From positions 65,658,001 to 65,722,000 of the forward strand of contig OZ024745.1 of assembly GCA_964016885.1 (NCBI GenBank): a DNA stretch of 64,000 nt, in the 5' to 3' direction. The DNA comes from Eledone cirrhosa. Taxonomy: Eukaryota. Below are positions 15,201-29,600 of the stretch, piece by piece (the stretch's first letter is position 1; each line of letters starts with the position of its first letter). Below the pieces are notes generated by a model that saw nothing but the letters and a program-made list of their open reading frames with translations, searched no databases and had not been told where the DNA came from. Both the position numbers and the translations under genes were made by a program.

Positions 15201-18200
15201 AGGAATTTTTCGGAATTTTCGGAATTTTAGGAACATTAGAAATGTTATGAATTTTAGCAATTTTATGAATTTTAGGAATTTTAGGAATTTTAGGAATTTA
15301 GTTATTTTAGGAATTTTAGGAATTTTAGGAATTTAAGGAATTTTTTGAATTTTAGGAATTTTAGGAAATTTATGAATTTCTATGAATTTTAGGAATTTTA
15401 GGAATTTTAGGAATTTTAGGAATTTTAGGAATTTTAGGAATTTTAGGAATTTTTGGAATTTTAGGAATTTTAGGAATTTTAGGAATTTTTCGGAATTTTC
15501 GGAATTTTAGGAACATTAGAAATGTTATGAATTTTAGGAATTTTAGGAATTTTAGGAATTTTAGGAATTTTAGGAATTTTAATAATTTTAGGAATTTTAG
15601 GAATTTTTGGAATTTTGGGAATTTTAGGAATTTTAGGAATTTTAGGAATTTTAAGAATTTTAGGAATTTTAGGAATTTGTTGAATTTTCGGAATTTTAGG
15701 AATTTTAGGAATTTTAGGAATTTAGGAATTTTAGGAATTTTAGGAATTTTAGGAATTTTTTGAATTTTAGGAATTTTAGGAACTTTAGGAATTTTTATGT
15801 ATTTTAGGAATTTTATGAATTTTATGAATTTTAGGAATTTTAGGAATTTTAGGAATTTTAGGAATTTTAGGAATTTTAGGATTTTAAGAATTTTAGGAAT
15901 TTTAGGAATTTTAGGAATTTTAGGAATTTTAAGAATTTTAGGAATTTTAGGAATTTTTTGAATTCTCGGAATTTTAGGAATTTTTAGGAATTTTATGAAT
16001 TTTAGGAATTTTATAAATTTTAGGAATTTTAGGAATTTTATTAATTTTATGAACTTTTTGGAATTTGAGGAATTTTAGGAATTTTACGAATTTTAGTAAT
16101 TTTAGGAATTTTATGTATTTTTAGGAATTTTAGGAATTTTAGGAATTTTAGGAATTGCAGGAATTTTTGGAATTTTATGAATTTTAAGAATTTTAGGAAT
16201 TTTGAGGAATTTTTTGGAATTTTCGGAATTTTATGTATTTTTAGGAATTTTAGGAATTTTAGGAATTTTAATAATTTTATGAATTTTAGTAATTTTATGA
16301 ATTTTAGGAATTTTAGGATTTTTAGGAATTTTAGGAATTTTAGGAATTTTAGGAATTTTAGGAATTTTAGGATTTTAAGAATTTTAGGAATTTTAGGAAT
16401 TTTAGGAATTTTAGGAATTTTAAGAATTTTAGTAATTTTAGGAATTTTATAAATTTTATGAATTTTAGGAATTTTATGAATTTTATGAATTTTAGGAATT
16501 TTAGGAATTTTATGAATTTTATGTATTTTTAGGAATTTTAGGAATTTTAGGAATTTTAGGAATTTTGAGGAATTTTTTGGAATTTTCGGAATTTTATGTA
16601 TTTTTAGGAATTTTAGGAATTTTCATAATTTTATGAATTTTAGTAATTTTAGGAATTTTAAGAATTTTAGGAATTTTAGAAATTTTTTGGAATTTTAGGA
16701 ATTTTAGGAATTTTAGGAATTTTAGGAATGTTATGAATTTTATGAATTTTATGAATTTTAGGAATTTTAGGATTTTTATGAATTTTTGGAATTTTAGGAA
16801 TTTTAGGAACTTTAGGAATTTTGGGAATTTTATGAATTTTATGAATTTTAGAAATGTTATGAATTTTAGGAATTTTAAGAATTTTAGGAATTTTAGGAAT
16901 TTTAGGAATTTTAGGAATTTTAAGAATTTTAGGAATTTTAGGAATTTTTTGAATTCTCGGAATTTAATGAATTTTTATGAATTTTATGAATTTTAGGAAT
17001 TTTAGGAATTTTAGGAATTTTAGGAAGTTTAGGAATTTTAGGAATCTTAGGAATATTATGAACTTTTTGAATTTTAGGAATTTTATTAATTTTATGAATT
17101 TTATGAATTTTAGGAATTTTAATAATTTAAGGAATTTTATGAATTTTATGAATTTTATTAATTTTATGAATTTTATGATATTTATGGATTTTTGGAATTT
17201 TAGGAATGTTAGGAATTTTAGGAATTTTAGGAATTTTAAGAATTTTAGGAATTTTAGGAATTTTATGAATTTTATGAATTTTATGAATTTTAAGAATTTT
17301 AGGAATTTTAGGAATTTTTTGAATTTTCGGAATTTTAGGAATTTTTAGGAATTTTATGAATTTTAGGAATTTTATAAATTTTAGGAATTTTAGGAATTTT
17401 AGGAATTTTATTAATTTTATGAACTTTTTGGAATTTGAGGAATTTTACGAATTTTACGAATTTTAGTAATTTTAGGAATTTTATGAATTTTAGGAATTTT
17501 AGGAATTTTATGAATTTTATGTATTTTTAGGAATTTTAGGAATTTTAGGAATTTTAGGAATTGCAGGAATTTTTGGAATTTTATGAATTTTAAGAATTTT
17601 AGGAATTTTGAGGAATTTTTTGGAATTTTCGGAATTTTATGTATTTTTAGGAATTTTAGGAATTTTCATAATTTTATGAATTTTAGTAATTTTAGGAATT
17701 TTAAGAATTTTAGGAATTTTAGAAATTTTTTGGAATTTTAGGAATTTTAGGAATTTTAGGAATTTTAGGAATGTTATGAATTTTATGAATTTTATGAATT
17801 TTAGGAATTTTAGGATTTTTATGAATTTTTGGAATTTTAGGAATTTTAGGAACTTTAGGAATTTTGGGAATTTTATGAATTTTATGAATTTTAGGAATTT
17901 TTTTGAATTTTTGGAATTTTCTGAATTTTTAGGAATTTTCTGAATTTTCTGAATTATATAAATTTTAGGAATTTTATGAATTTTAAGAAATTCAAGAATT
18001 TTAGGAATTTTTTGAATTTTTTGAATTTTAGGAATTTTCGTAATTTTTTCGAATTTTCGTAATTTTATGAATTTTTAGGAATTTTATTAATTTTATGAAT
18101 TTTATGAATTTTATAAATTTTAGGAATTTAGTTATTTTAGGAATTTTAGGAATTTTAGGAATTTAAGGAATTTTTTGAATTTTAGGAATTTTAGGAAATT

Positions 18201-21200
18201 TATGAATTTCTATGAATTTTAGGAATTTTAGGAATTTTAGGAATTTTAGGAATTTTAGGAATTTTAGGAATTTTAGGAATTTTAGGAATTTTAGGAATTT
18301 TAGGAATTTTAGGAATTTTAATAATTTTAGGAATTTTAGGAATTTTTGGAATTTTGGGAATTTTAGGAATTTTAGGAATTTTAGGAATTTTAAGAATTTT
18401 AGGAATTTTAGGAATTTTTTGAATTTTCGGAATTTTAGGAATTTTAGGAATTTTAGGAATTTAGGAATTTTATTAATTTTATGAATTTTATTAATTTTAT
18501 GAATTTTAGGAATTTTAGGAATTTTAGGAATTTAGTTATTTTAGGAATTTTAGGAATTTTAGGAATTTAAGGAATTTTTTGAATTTTAGGAATTTTAGGA
18601 AATTTATGAATTTCTATGAATTTTAGGAATTTTAGGAATTTTAGGAATTTTAGGAATTTTAGGAATTTTAGGAATTTTTGGAATTTTTGGAATTTTAGGA
18701 ATTTTAGGAATTTTAGGAATTTTTCGGAATTTTCGGAATTTTAGGAACATTAGAAATGTTATGAATTTTAGCAATTTTAGGAATTTTAGGAATTTTAGGA
18801 ATTTTAAGAATTTTCGGAATTTTAGGAATTTTTTGAATTTTCGGAATTTTAGGAATTTTAGGAATTTTAGGAATTTAGGAATTTTAGGAATTTTAGGAAT
18901 TTTAGGAATTTTTTGAATTTTAGGAATTTTAGGAATTTTAGGAACTTTAGGAATTTTTATGTATTTTAGGAATTTTAGGAATTTTATGAATTTTAGGAAT
19001 TTTAGGAATTTTAGGTATTTTAGGAATTTTAGGAATTTTAGGAATTTTAGGAATTTTAGGATTTTAAGAATTTTAGGAATTTTAGGAATTTTAGGAATTT
19101 TAGGAATTTTAAGAATTTTAGGAATTTTAGGAATTTTTTGAATTCTCGGAATTTAATGAATTTTTATGAATTTTATGAATTTTAGGAATTTTAGGAATTT
19201 TAGGAATTTTAGGAAGTTTAGGAATTTTAGGAATCTTAGGAATATTATGAACTTTTTGAATTTTAGGAATTTTATTAATTTTATGAATTTTATGAATTTT
19301 AGGAATTTTAATAATTTAAGGAATTTTATGAATTTTATGAATTTTATTAATTTTATGAATTTTATGATATTTATGGATTTTTGGAATTTTAGGAATGTTA
19401 GGAATTTTAGGAATTTTAGGAATTTTAAGAATTTTAGGAATTTTATGAATTTTATGAATTTTATGAATTTTATGAATTTTAAGAATTTTAGGAATTTTAG
19501 GAATTTTTTGAATTTTCGGAATTTTAGGAATTTTTAGGAATTTTATGAATTTTAGGAATTTTATAAATTTTAGGAATTTTAGGAATTTTAGGAATTTTAT
19601 TAATTTTATGAACTTTTTGGAATTTGAGGAATTTTACGAATTTTACGAATTTTAGTAATTTTAGGAATTTTATAAATTTTATGAATTTTAGGAATTTTAG
19701 GAATTTTATGAATTTTAGGAATTTTAGGAATTTTATGAATTTTATGTATTTTTAGGAATTTTAGGAATTTTAGGAATTTTAGGAATTGCAGGAATTTTTG
19801 GAATTTTATGAATTTTAAGAATTTTAGGAATTTTGAGGAATTTTTTGGAATTTTCGGAATTTTATGTATTTTTAGGAATTTTAGGAATTTTCATAATTTT
19901 ATGAATTTTAGTAATTTTAGGAATTTTAAGAATTTTAGGAATTTTAGAAATTTTTTGGAATTTTAGGAATTTTAGGATTTTTAGGAATTTTAGGAATGTT
20001 ATGAATTTTATGAATTTTATGAATTTTAGGAATTTTAGGATTTTTATGAATTTTTGGAATTTTAGGAATTTTAGGAACTTTAGGAATTTTGGGAATTTTA
20101 TGAATTTTATGAATTTTAGAAATGTTATGAATTTTAGGAATTTTAGGAATTTTAGGAATTTTAGGAATTTTAAGAATTTTAGGAATTTTAGGAATTTTTT
20201 TGAATTTTTGGAATTTTCTGAATTTTTAGGAATTTTCTGAATTTTCTGAATTATATAAATTTTAGGAATTTTATGAATTTTAAGAAATTCAAGAATTTTA
20301 GGAATTTTTTGAATTTTTTGAATTTTAGGAATTTTCGTAATTTTTTCGAATTTTCGTAATTTTATGAATTTTTAGGAATTTTATTAATTTTATGAATTTT
20401 ATGAATTTTATAAATTTTAGGAATTTAGTTATTTTAGGAATTTTAGGAATTTTAGGAATTTAAGGAATTTTTTGAATTTTAGGAATTTTAGGAAATTTAT
20501 GAATTTCTATGAATTTTAGGAATTTTAGGAATTTTAGGAATTTTAGGAATTTTAGGAATTTTAGGAATTTTAGGAATTTTAGGAATTTTAGGAATTTTAG
20601 GAATTTTAGGAATTTTAATAATTTTAGGAATTTTAGGAATTTTTGGAATTTTGGGAATTTTAGGAATTTTAGGAATTTTAGGAATTTTAAGAATTTTAGG
20701 AATTTTAGGAATTTTTTGAATTTTCGGAATTTTAGGAATTTTAGGAATTTTAGGAATTTAGGAATTTTATTAATTTTAGGAATTTTATTAATTTTATGAA
20801 TTTTAGGAATTTTAGGAATTTTAGGAATTTAGTTATTTTAGGAATTTTAGGAATTTTAGGAATTTAAGGAATTTTTTGAATTTTAGGAATTTTAGGAAAT
20901 TTATGAATTTCTATGAATTTTAGGAATTTTAGGAATTTTAGGAATTTTAGGAATTTTAGGAATTTTAGGAATTTTAGGAATTTTAGTAATTTTAGGAATT
21001 TTAGGAATTTTTGGAATTTTAGGAATTTTAGGAATTTTAGGAATTTTTCGGAATTTTCGGAATTTTAGGAACATTAGAAATGTTATGAATTTTAGCAATT
21101 TTATGAATTTTAGGAATTTTAGGAATTTTAGGAATTTAGTTATTTTAGGAATTTTAGGAATTTTAGGAATTTAAGGAATTTTTTGAATTTTAGGAATTTT

Positions 21201-24200
21201 AGGAAATTTATGAATTTCTATGAATTTTAGGAATTTTAGGAATTTTAGGAATTTTAGGAATTTTAGGAATTTTAGGAATTTTAGGAATTTTTGGAATTTT
21301 AGGAATTTTAGGAATTTTAGGAATTTTTCGGAATTTTCGGAATTTTAGGAACATTAGAAATGTTATGAATTTTAGGAATTTTAGGAATTTTAGGAATTTT
21401 AGGAATTTTAGGAATTTTAATAATTTTAGGAATTTTAGGAATTTTTGGAATTTTGGGAATTTTAGGAATTTTAGGAATTTTAGGAATTTTAAGAATTTTA
21501 GGAATTTTAGGAATTTGTTGAATTTTCGGAATTTTAGGAATTTTAGGAATTTTAGGAATTTAGGAATTTTAGGAATTTTAGGAATTTTAGGAATTTTTTG
21601 AATTTTAGGAATTTTAGGAACTTTAGGAATTTTTATGTATTTTAGGAATTTTATGAATTTTATGAATTTTAGGAATTTTAGGAATTTTAGGAATTTTAGG
21701 AATTTTAGGAATTTTAGGATTTTAAGAATTTTAGGAATTTTAGGAATTTTAGGAATTTTAGGAATTTTAAGAATTTTAGGAATTTTAGGAATTTTTTGAA
21801 TTCTCGGAATTTTAGGAATTTTTAGGAATTTTATGAATTTTAGGAATTTTATAAATTTTAGGAATTTTAGGAATTTTATTAATTTTATGAACTTTTTGGA
21901 ATTTGAGGAATTTTAGGAATTTTACGAATTTTAGTAATTTTAGGAATTTTATGTATTTTTAGGAATTTTAGGAATTTTAGGAATTTTAGGAATTGCAGGA
22001 ATTTTTGGAATTTTATGAATTTTAAGAATTTTAGGAATTTTGAGGAATTTTTTGGAATTTTCGGAATTTTATGTATTTTTAGGAATTTTAGGAATTTTAG
22101 GAATTTTAATAATTTTATGAATTTTAGTAATTTTATGAATTTTAGGAATTTTAGGATTTTTAGGAATTTTAGGAATTTTAGGAATTTTAGGAATTTTAGG
22201 AATTTTAGGATTTTAAGAATTTTAGGAATTTTAGGAATTTTAGGAATTTTAGGAATTTTAAGAATTTTAGTAATTTTAGGAATTTTATAAATTTTATGAA
22301 TTTTAGGAATTTTATGAATTTTATGAATTTTAGGAATTTTAGGAATTTTATGAATTTTATGTATTTTTAGGAATTTTAGGAATTTTAGGAATTTTAGGAA
22401 TTTTGAGGAATTTTTTGGAATTTTCGGAATTTTATGTATTTTTAGGAATTTTAGGAATTTTCATAATTTTATGAATTTTAGTAATTTTAGGAATTTTAAG
22501 AATTTTAGGAATTTTAGAAATTTTTTGGAATTTTAGGAATTTTAGGAATTTTAGGAATTTTAGGAATGTTATGAATTTTATGAATTTTATGAATTTTAGG
22601 AATTTTAGGATTTTTATGAATTTTTGGAATTTTAGGAATTTTAGGAACTTTAGGAATTTTGGGAATTTTATGAATTTTATGAATTTTAGAAATGTTATGA
22701 ATTTTAGGAATTTTAAGAATTTTAGGAATTTTAGGAATTTTAGGAATTTTAGGAATTTTAAGAATTTTAGGAATTTTAGGAATTTTTTGAATTCTCGGAA
22801 TTTAATGAATTTTTATGAATTTTATGAATTTTAGGAATTTTAGGAATTTTAGGAATTTTAGGAAGTTTAGGAATTTTAGGAATCTTAGGAATATTATGAA
22901 CTTTTTGAATTTTAGGAATTTTATTAATTTTATGAATTTTATGAATTTTAGGAATTTTAATAATTTAAGGAATTTTATGAATTTTATGAATTTTATTAAT
23001 TTTATGAATTTTATGATATTTATGGATTTTTGGAATTTTAGGAATGTTAGGAATTTTAGGAATTTTAGGAATTTTAAGAATTTTAGGAATTTTAGGAATT
23101 TTATGAATTTTATGAATTTTATGAATTTTAAGAATTTTAGGAATTTTAGGAATTTTTTGAATTTTCGGAATTTTAGGAATTTTTAGGAATTTTATGAATT
23201 TTAGGAATTTTATAAATTTTAGGAATTTTAGGAATTTTAGGAATTTTATTAATTTTATGAACTTTTTGGAATTTGAGGAATTTTACGAATTTTACGAATT
23301 TTAGTAATTTTAGGAATTTTATGAATTTTAGGAATTTTAGGAATTTTAGGAATTTTAGGAATTTTAGGAATTTTAATAATTTTAGGAATTTTAGGAATTT
23401 TTGGAATTTTGGGAATTTTAGGAATTTTAGGAATTTTAGGAATTTTAAGAATTTTAGGAATTTTAGGAATTTTTTGAATTTTCGGAATTTTAGGAATTTT
23501 AGGAATTTTAGGAATTTAGGAATTTTATTAATTTTATGAATTTTATTAATTTTATGAATTTTAGGAATTTTAGGAATTTTAGGAATTTAGTTATTTTAGG
23601 AATTTTAGGAATTTTAGGAATTTAAGGAATTTTTTGAATTTTAGGAATTTTAGGAAATTTATGAATTTCTATGAATTTTAGGAATTTTAGGAATTTTAGG
23701 AATTTTAGGAATTTTAGGAATTTTAGGAATTTTTGGAATTTTTGGAATTTTAGGAATTTTAGGAATTTTAGGAATTTTTCGGAATTTTCGGAATTTTAGG
23801 AACATTAGAAATGTTATGAATTTTAGCAATTTTAGGAATTTTAGGAATTTTAGGAATTTTAAGAATTTTCGGAATTTTAGGAATTTTTTGAATTTTCGGA
23901 ATTTTAGGAATTTTAGGAATTTTAGGAATTTAGGAATTTTAGGAATTTTAGGAATTTTAGGAATTTTTTGAATTTTAGGAATTTTAGGAATTTTAGGAAC
24001 TTTAGGAATTTTTATGTATTTTAGGAATTTTAGGAATTTTATGAATTTTAGGAATTTTAGGAATTTTAGGTATTTTAGGAATTTTAGGAATTTTAGGAAT
24101 TTTAGGAATTTTAGGATTTTAAGAATTTTAGGAATTTTAGGAATTTTAGGAATTTTAGGAATTTTAAGAATTTTAGGAATTTTAGGAATTTTTTGAATTC

Positions 24201-27200
24201 TCGGAATTTAATGAATTTTTATGAATTTTATGAATTTTAGGAATTTTAGGAATTTTAGGAATTTTAGGAAGTTTAGGAATTTTAGGAATCTTAGGAATAT
24301 TATGAACTTTTTGAATTTTAGGAATTTTATTAATTTTATGAATTTTATGAATTTTAGGAATTTTAATAATTTAAGGAATTTTATGAATTTTATGAATTTT
24401 ATTAATTTTATGAATTTTATGATATTTATGGATTTTTGGAATTTTAGGAATGTTAGGAATTTTAGGAATTTTAGGAATTTTAAGAATTTTAGGAATTTTA
24501 GGAATTTTATGAATTTTATGAATTTTATGAATTTTAAGAATTTTAGGAATTTTAGGAATTTTTTGAATTTTCGGAATTTTAGGAATTTTTAGGAATTTTA
24601 TGAATTTTAGGAATTTTATAAATTTTAGGAATTTTAGGAATTTTAGGAATTTTATTAATTTTATGAACTTTTTGGAATTTGAGGAATTTTACGAATTTTA
24701 CGAATTTTAGTAATTTTAGGAATTTTATAAATTTTATGAATTTTAGGAATTTTAGGAATTTTATGAATTTTAGGAATTTTAGGAATTTTATGAATTTTAT
24801 GTATTTTTAGGAATTTTAGGAATTTTAGGAATTTTAGGAATTGCAGGAATTTTTGGAATTTTATGAATTTTAAGAATTTTAGGAATTTTGAGGAATTTTT
24901 TGGAATTTTCGGAATTTTATGTATTTTTAGGAATTTTAGGAATTTTCATAATTTTATGAATTTTAGTAATTTTAGGAATTTTAAGAATTTTAGGAATTTT
25001 AGAAATTTTTTGGAATTTTAGGAATTTTAGGATTTTTAGGAATTTTAGGAATGTTATGAATTTTATGAATTTTATGAATTTTAGGAATTTTAGGATTTTT
25101 ATGAATTTTTGGAATTTTAGGAATTTTAGGAACTTTAGGAATTTTGGGAATTTTATGAATTTTATGAATTTTAGAAATGTTATGAATTTTAGGAATTTTA
25201 GGAATTTTAGGAATTTTAGGAATTTTAAGAATTTTAGGAATTTTAGGAATTTTTTTGAATTTTTGGAATTTTCTGAATTTTTAGGAATTTTCTGAATTTT
25301 CTGAATTATATAAATTTTAGGAATTTTATGAATTTTAAGAAATTCAAGAATTTTAGGAATTTTTTGAATTTTTTGAATTTTAGGAATTTTCGTAATTTTT
25401 TCGAATTTTCGTAATTTTATGAATTTTTAGGAATTTTATTAATTTTATGAATTTTATGAATTTTATAAATTTTAGGAATTTAGTTATTTTAGGAATTTTA
25501 GGAATTTTAGGAATTTAAGGAATTTTTTGAATTTTAGGAATTTTAGGAAATTTATGAATTTCTATGAATTTTAGGAATTTTAGGAATTTTAGGAATTTTA
25601 GGAATTTTAGGAATTTTAGGAATTTTAGGAATTTTAGGAATTTTAGGAATTTTAGGAATTTTAGGAATTTTAATAATTTTAGGAATTTTAGGAATTTTTG
25701 GAATTTTGGGAATTTTAGGAATTTTAGGAATTTTAGGAATTTTAAGAATTTTAGGAATTTTAGGAATTTTTTGAATTTTCGGAATTTTAGGAATTTTAGG
25801 AATTTTAGGAATTTAGGAATTTTATTAATTTTAGGAATTTTATTAATTTTATGAATTTTAGGAATTTTAGGAATTTTAGGAATTTAGTTATTTTAGGAAT
25901 TTTAGGAATTTTAGGAATTTAAGGAATTTTTTGAATTTTAGGAATTTTAGGAAATTTATGAATTTCTATGAATTTTAGGAATTTTAGGAATTTTAGGAAT
26001 TTTAGGAATTTTAGGAATTTTAGGAATTTTAGGAATTTTAGTAATTTTAGGAATTTTAGGAATTTTTGGAATTTTAGGAATTTTAGGAATTTTAGGAATT
26101 TTTCGGAATTTTCGGAATTTTAGGAACATTAGAAATGTTATGAATTTTAGCAATTTTATGAATTTTAGGAATTTTAGGAATTTTAGGAATTTAGTTATTT
26201 TAGGAATTTTAGGAATTTTAGGAATTTAAGGAATTTTTTGAATTTTAGGAATTTTAGGAAATTTATGAATTTCTATGAATTTTAGGAATTTTAGGAATTT
26301 TAGGAATTTTAGGAATTTTAGGAATTTTAGGAATTTTAGGAATTTTTGGAATTTTAGGAATTTTAGGAATTTTAGGAATTTTTCGGAATTTTCGGAATTT
26401 TAGGAACATTAGAAATGTTATGAATTTTAGGAATTTTAGGAATTTTAGGAATTTTAGGAATTTTAGGAATTTTAATAATTTTAGGAATTTTAGGAATTTT
26501 TGGAATTTTGGGAATTTTAGGAATTTTAGGAATTTTAGGAATTTTAAGAATTTTAGGAATTTTAGGAATTTGTTGAATTTTCGGAATTTTAGGAATTTTA
26601 GGAATTTTAGGAATTTAGGAATTTTAGGAATTTTAGGAATTTTAGGAATTTTTTGAATTTTAGGAATTTTAGGAACTTTAGGAATTTTTATGTATTTTAG
26701 GAATTTTATGAATTTTATGAATTTTAGGAATTTTAGGAATTTTAGGAATTTTAGGAATTTTAGGAATTTTAGGATTTTAAGAATTTTAGGAATTTTAGGA
26801 ATTTTAGGAATTTTAGGAATTTTAAGAATTTTAGGAATTTTAGGAATTTTTTGAATTCTCGGAATTTTAGGAATTTTTAGGAATTTTATGAATTTTAGGA
26901 ATTTTATAAATTTTAGGAATTTTAGGAATTTTATTAATTTTATGAACTTTTTGGAATTTGAGGAATTTTAGGAATTTTACGAATTTTAGTAATTTTAGGA
27001 ATTTTATGTATTTTTAGGAATTTTAGGAATTTTAGGAATTTTAGGAATTGCAGGAATTTTTGGAATTTTATGAATTTTAAGAATTTTAGGAATTTTGAGG
27101 AATTTTTTGGAATTTTCGGAATTTTATGTATTTTTAGGAATTTTAGGAATTTTAGGAATTTTAATAATTTTATGAATTTTAGTAATTTTATGAATTTTAG

Positions 27201-29600
27201 GAATTTTAGGATTTTTAGGAATTTTAGGAATTTTAGGAATTTTAGGAATTTTAGGAATTTTAGGATTTTAAGAATTTTAGGAATTTTAGGAATTTTAGGA
27301 ATTTTAGGAATTTTAAGAATTTTAGTAATTTTAGGAATTTTATAAATTTTATGAATTTTAGGAATTTTATGAATTTTATGAATTTTAGGAATTTTAGGAA
27401 TTTTATGAATTTTATGTATTTTTAGGAATTTTAGGAATTTTAGGAATTTTAGGAATTTTGAGGAATTTTTTGGAATTTTCGGAATTTTATGTATTTTTAG
27501 GAATTTTAGGAATTTTCATAATTTTATGAATTTTAGTAATTTTAGGAATTTTAAGAATTTTAGGAATTTTAGAAATTTTTTGGAATTTTAGGAATTTTAG
27601 GAATTTTAGGAATTTTAGGAATGTTATGAATTTTATGAATTTTATGAATTTTAGGAATTTTAGGATTTTTATGAATTTTTGGAATTTTAGGAATTTTAGG
27701 AACTTTAGGAATTTTGGGAATTTTATGAATTTTATGAATTTTAGAAATGTTATGAATTTTAGGAATTTTAAGAATTTTAGGAATTTTAGGAATTTTAGGA
27801 ATTTTAGGAATTTTAAGAATTTTAGGAATTTTAGGAATTTTTTGAATTCTCGGAATTTAATGAATTTTTATGAATTTTATGAATTTTAGGAATTTTAGGA
27901 ATTTTAGGAATTTTAGGAAGTTTAGGAATTTTAGGAATCTTAGGAATATTATGAACTTTTTGAATTTTAGGAATTTTATTAATTTTATGAATTTTATGAA
28001 TTTTAGGAATTTTAATAATTTAAGGAATTTTATGAATTTTATGAATTTTATTAATTTTATGAATTTTATGATATTTATGGATTTTTGGAATTTTAGGAAT
28101 GTTAGGAATTTTAGGAATTTTAGGAATTTTAAGAATTTTAGGAATTTTAGGAATTTTATGAATTTTATGAATTTTATGAATTTTAAGAATTTTAGGAATT
28201 TTAGGAATTTTTTGAATTTTCGGAATTTTAGGAATTTTTAGGAATTTTATGAATTTTAGGAATTTTATAAATTTTAGGAATTTTAGGAATTTTAGGAATT
28301 TTATTAATTTTATGAACTTTTTGGAATTTGAGGAATTTTACGAATTTTACGAATTTTAGTAATTTTAGGAATTTTATGAATTTTAGGAATTTTAGGAATT
28401 TTATGAATTTTATGTATTTTTAGGAATTTTAGGAATTTTAGGAATTTTAGGAATTGCAGGAATTTTTGGAATTTTATGAATTTTAAGAATTTTAGGAATT
28501 TTGAGGAATTTTTTGGAATTTTCGGAATTTTATGTATTTTTAGGAATTTTAGGAATTTTCATAATTTTATGAATTTTAGTAATTTTAGGAATTTTAAGAA
28601 TTTTAGGAATTTTAGAAATTTTTTGGAATTTTAGGAATTTTAGGAATTTTAGGAATTTTAGGAATGTTATGAATTTTATGAATTTTATGAATTTTAGGAA
28701 TTTTAGGATTTTTATGAATTTTTGGAATTTTAGGAATTTTAGGAACTTTAGGAATTTTGGGAATTTTATGAATTTTATGAATTTTAGGAATTTTTTTGAA
28801 TTTTTGGAATTTTCTGAATTTTTAGGAATTTTCTGAATTTTCTGAATTATATAAATTTTAGGAATTTTATGAATTTTAAGAAATTCAAGAATTTTAGGAA
28901 TTTTTTGAATTTTTTGAATTTTAGGAATTTTCGTAATTTTTTCGAATTTTCGTAATTTTATGAATTTTTAGGAATTTTATTAATTTTATGAATTTTATGA
29001 ATTTTATAAATTTTAGGAATTTAGTTATTTTAGGAATTTTAGGAATTTTAGGAATTTAAGGAATTTTTTGAATTTTAGGAATTTTAGGAAATTTATGAAT
29101 TTCTATGAATTTTAGGAATTTTAGGAATTTTAGGAATTTTAGGAATTTTAGGAATTTTAGGAATTTTAGGAATTTTAGGAATTTTAGGAATTTTAGGAAT
29201 TTTAGGAATTTTAGGAATTTTAGGAATTTTTGGAATTTTGGGAATTTTAGGAATTTTAGGAATTTTAGGAATTTTAAGAATTTTAGGAATTTTAGGAATT
29301 TTTTGAATTTTCGGAATTTTAGGAATTTTAGGAATTTTAGGAATTTAGGAATTTTATTAATTTTAGGAATTTTATTAATTTTATGAATTTTAGGAATTTT
29401 AGGAATTTTAGGAATTTAGTTATTTTAGGAATTTTAGGAATTTTAGGAATTTAAGGAATTTTTTGAATTTTAGGAATTTTAGGAAATTTATGAATTTCTA
29501 TGAATTTTAGGAATTTTAGGAATTTTAGGAATTTTAGGAATTTTAGGAATTTTAGTAATTTTAGGAATTTTAGGAATTTTTGGAATTTTAGGAATTTTAG
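12300..29600. repeat. ~5.84-kb higher-order repeat domain (about 3 copies, one with a 783-bp deletion)
   Basis: Offset 5838 for 13328/19166, 14163/20001, 14671/20509 and 16177/22015, then offset 5055 for 20001/25056 and 22815/27870. Boundaries are approximate. Confidence 0.9.
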
